Shown piece by piece: positions 30,026-32,000 of a stretch of 32,000 bases of DNA. The first letter of the stretch is position 1, and every line of letters begins with the position of its first letter. Where the stretch lies: assembly GCF_000829235.1 (NCBI RefSeq), contig NZ_AP012549.1, positions 900,001 to 932,000 of the forward strand, written 5' to 3'. Made by a program: the position numbers and the translations under genes. The stretch comes from a cyanobacterium endosymbiont of Epithemia turgida isolate EtSB Lake Yunoko. Lineage in GTDB: Bacteria > Cyanobacteriota > Cyanobacteriia > Cyanobacteriales > Microcystaceae. Under the pieces are notes generated by a model. It was not told where the DNA came from. It saw nothing but the letters and a program-made list of their open reading frames with translations, and did not search any database.

Positions 30026-30907
30026 TAAAGATAGAAGTCAACTCACTTTTCCATAAAGGGAAATGATAAATCATAAGTTAGATTTATAGTTAGTTCTTCT
30101 CATTACTAAATTAAATCTAATTGAGATAACATTTACTTTTTCTAGGGTTTTCTTACAATACTTTTATGTTATTCTATCTCAAATTTAGTTGTAGGGTTTC
30201 CGTGTTTGAGCAAATATTTATGATATTGACCCTTTGCTTTTATTCAAACATGACAAAATCTTTTCTGTGTTAACTAGTATTTGAAGCCATTTCACTTCTG
30301 GTTTAAGAAGTTTTCTTTTACTATCTATTTGAGTGTTAACTTGTTTAAGCAGGTTAAATATATCTGTTATTACTTCAGCTTATAGCATTAATTTGTTTGC
30401 CGCAACATTACTAGAAGATTTATAAAGACTTAGCCAAACTTCTTAAATCTTGGTTAAAACTTTTTTCTTGCATACTTATAGCTATTTTACTATTTGTTTA
30501 TATATTCTTTTTTCTCTAATTCTATGCTCACTTCTTCATTCTCTAATTACAACAATTTCATCTTCAATGGCTGAAATTTTTCACCTGCAATTTTTTACGT
30601 ATATCATTGAGTGTTCTTTTGGTCTATTGTCTATCTACTTTATTTCTTTTGTCCACATTTTTAATATCATTATTTAAGAGATATTTAATCGCTTTTATCT
30701 TATAACTTTCACCTCTTGAAAAATTAGCTCAACTCTTCTACAACAGAATTAACTCTCAATTATTAAACTTTACCAGAAGATCACAACATCTACTGCTCGA
30801 TTTTTATTGAACAAACTTTTGTTCTGTCTTACGCGACCTAATCGAGGCATTCATAAGATTCTATTTTTATTACCTACTTCAATAAAGAAGCTAATCTTTT
30901 TATGACT
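30026..30907. other. ORF-free AT-rich tract with a possible unidentified gene remnant
   Basis: The only ORF is a 75-aa hydrophobic TTG-start ORF of junk composition. The minus frame 30185-30442 is unusually open (see findings). Confidence 0.45.
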
Positions 30908-31336
30908 TTAACCTTTCTGTTTATGATGACAAACTTGAATAACAGTATGAACATTTCCCCTAGGATTAAAGTCTCCTTTTAATACTATTTCTAGTGGATC
31001 GCAAGCTACCACAAAATCGTCTAGGATTTGGTTGATTGATTCTTCATGAGAAATATAGAGATCACGGTAGCCATTAATATACAATTTTAATGCTTTTAAT
31101 TCAACCACTTTTTCATCGGGAATATAGGTTAAATAAAGGTTAGCAAAATCGGGATAACCAGAGAAGGGACACTTACAAGTAAACTCAGGTAAAGTAATAT
31201 TGATGTCATACCGTCGACCTGTACGAGGATTAGGAAAAGTGATTAATTTCCCTTCTTCAATAAACTGTTCCCCATATCTAATCGCCGAAGAATCAAACTT
31301 AAAATTAGAAGCTTGAGAATTAGTAACTTGATTCAT
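30908..31336 (-). CDS. queF: NADPH-dependent 7-cyano-7-deazaguanine (preQ0) reductase, type I
   Basis: 142 aa. Catalytic-Cys context [16 protein letters not shown] and the QueF motif region [14 protein letters not shown]. Confidence 0.9.
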   Translation of the reverse strand: MNQVTNSQASNFKFDSSAIRYGEQFIEEGKLITFPNPRTGRRYDINITLPEFTCKCPFSGYPDFANLYLTYIPDEKVVELKALKLYINGYRDLYISHEESINQILDDFVVACDPLEIVLKGDFNPRGNVHTVIQVCHHKQKG

Positions 31337-31383
31337 TATGCAAATACTCTTTTGAACTTACCTAATTTTCTTATTGTACACTA

Positions 31384-32000
31384 TCAACTATTAACTAGAG
31401 GTAACCAAACTATGAATTTAGTCCCCCTATTGTGTGTTTTATCAATAGGGGGACTAACAAGTTCAATCAATCCTTGCATCTGAGTAACTAAATCTTTAGC
31501 AATCGCCAAACCTAATCCACTTCCTGCAATCTCTCCTTTATCTTGAACCCCTCGATAATGACGCTCAAAAATATGTTCTTGATCTTCAACAGGAATACCG
31601 CACCCTGTATCTTGAATTACAACACCTTGATAACTTTTTCCATTAGTTATCGAGAGTAAACCAACTTGTAAAAATACTTGACCTCCCGATGGTGTATATT
31701 TAAGAGCGTTGTTAATAATATTACTAAAGATCTCTCTGAGTGCTTGAGGATCACCCCATATACAGGGTAAGTTCTCAAAGATATCGATTCTTAACTCAAT
31801 TGATCTTTCTTCGGCAATCGATTTAGCAGAAGTCAGCAATGGTTCTAATATTTCTGTAACCTGGATAGCTGATAAAAATGGAGATTGTTCTGAGCGCAAA
31901 GAACGAGTTGATTGAGTATCAAGAGTAACCACATCGTCTTTGAGAGAGTGCTTATCAACTTCAAATTTTTGGAGTAACTCTTGAAGGTGATTACTTTCTC
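31384..32000 (-). CDS. Sensor histidine kinase, C-terminal part (continues beyond window edge)
   Basis: HATPase_c boxes NIINNALKYT (N), QDTGCGIP (G1) and GSGLGLAIAKDL (G2). The reading frame stays open upstream of the GTG listed in the track, through position 32000. Confidence 0.85.
   Translation of the reverse strand, partial: ESNHLQELLQKFEVDKHSLKDDVVTLDTQSTRSLRSEQSPFLSAIQVTEILEPLLTSAKSIAEERSIELRIDIFENLPCIWGDPQALREIFSNIINNALKYTPSGGQVFLQVGLLSITNGKSYQGVVIQDTGCGIPVEDQEHIFERHYRGVQDKGEIAGSGLGLAIAKDLVTQMQGLIELVSPPIDKTHNRGTKFIVWLPLVNS

Noticed and set aside
30450-30677. 75-aa hydrophobic ORF that could pass for a small membrane protein
   Set aside because: It has a TTG start. Its hydrophobicity comes from T-rich codons (Phe/Leu/Ile/Ser) in AT-rich DNA. 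It has no conserved motif and lies inside a decayed tract.

Overview
Cyanobacterial chromosomal window. Lineage markers are plastocyanin, petH/FNR, an RpaA-type response regulator, an SLH-OprB porin and GCGATCGC (HIP1) copies. By my coordinates only about 55% is intact coding sequence. I call 20 intact or edge-truncated housekeeping genes: Fe-ADH-like, Usp, pgk, petE, an aminotransferase, anmK, cdsA, cbiT, tgt, a porin, phoU, petH, a DUF62-type SAM hydroxide adenosyltransferase, lepB, hypB, hypA, rpaA, mutL, queF and a partial histidine kinase. The rest is decay. Four gene corpses can be read directly: a methionine aminopeptidase, mazG, the N-terminal CpcD-like domain of petH, and a full-length tandem porin paralogue. 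There are also five ORF-free, strongly AT-rich tracts of 0.9-2.6 kb; for example, 9181-9240 has 8 G/C in 60 nt, against 33 in 60 for porin coding sequence at 15541-15600. These tracts carry several long perfect palindromes. I found no rRNA, tRNA, CRISPR array, transposase, prophage or recognisable defence or secondary-metabolite cluster, and no novel multi-gene system. My reading, which is inference, is a genome in reductive evolution, as in unicellular N2-fixing cyanobacterial endosymbionts (diatom spheroid-body or UCYN-A-like relatives of Crocosphaera/Cyanothece). The most interesting locus is petH. Its phycobilisome-binding domain has been killed by two in-frame stops and a frameshift, while the catalytic core survives as an ORF starting at the Met equivalent to the internal start of the short heterotrophic FNR isoform. 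All family assignments rest on motifs I recognise by eye; no database search was run.
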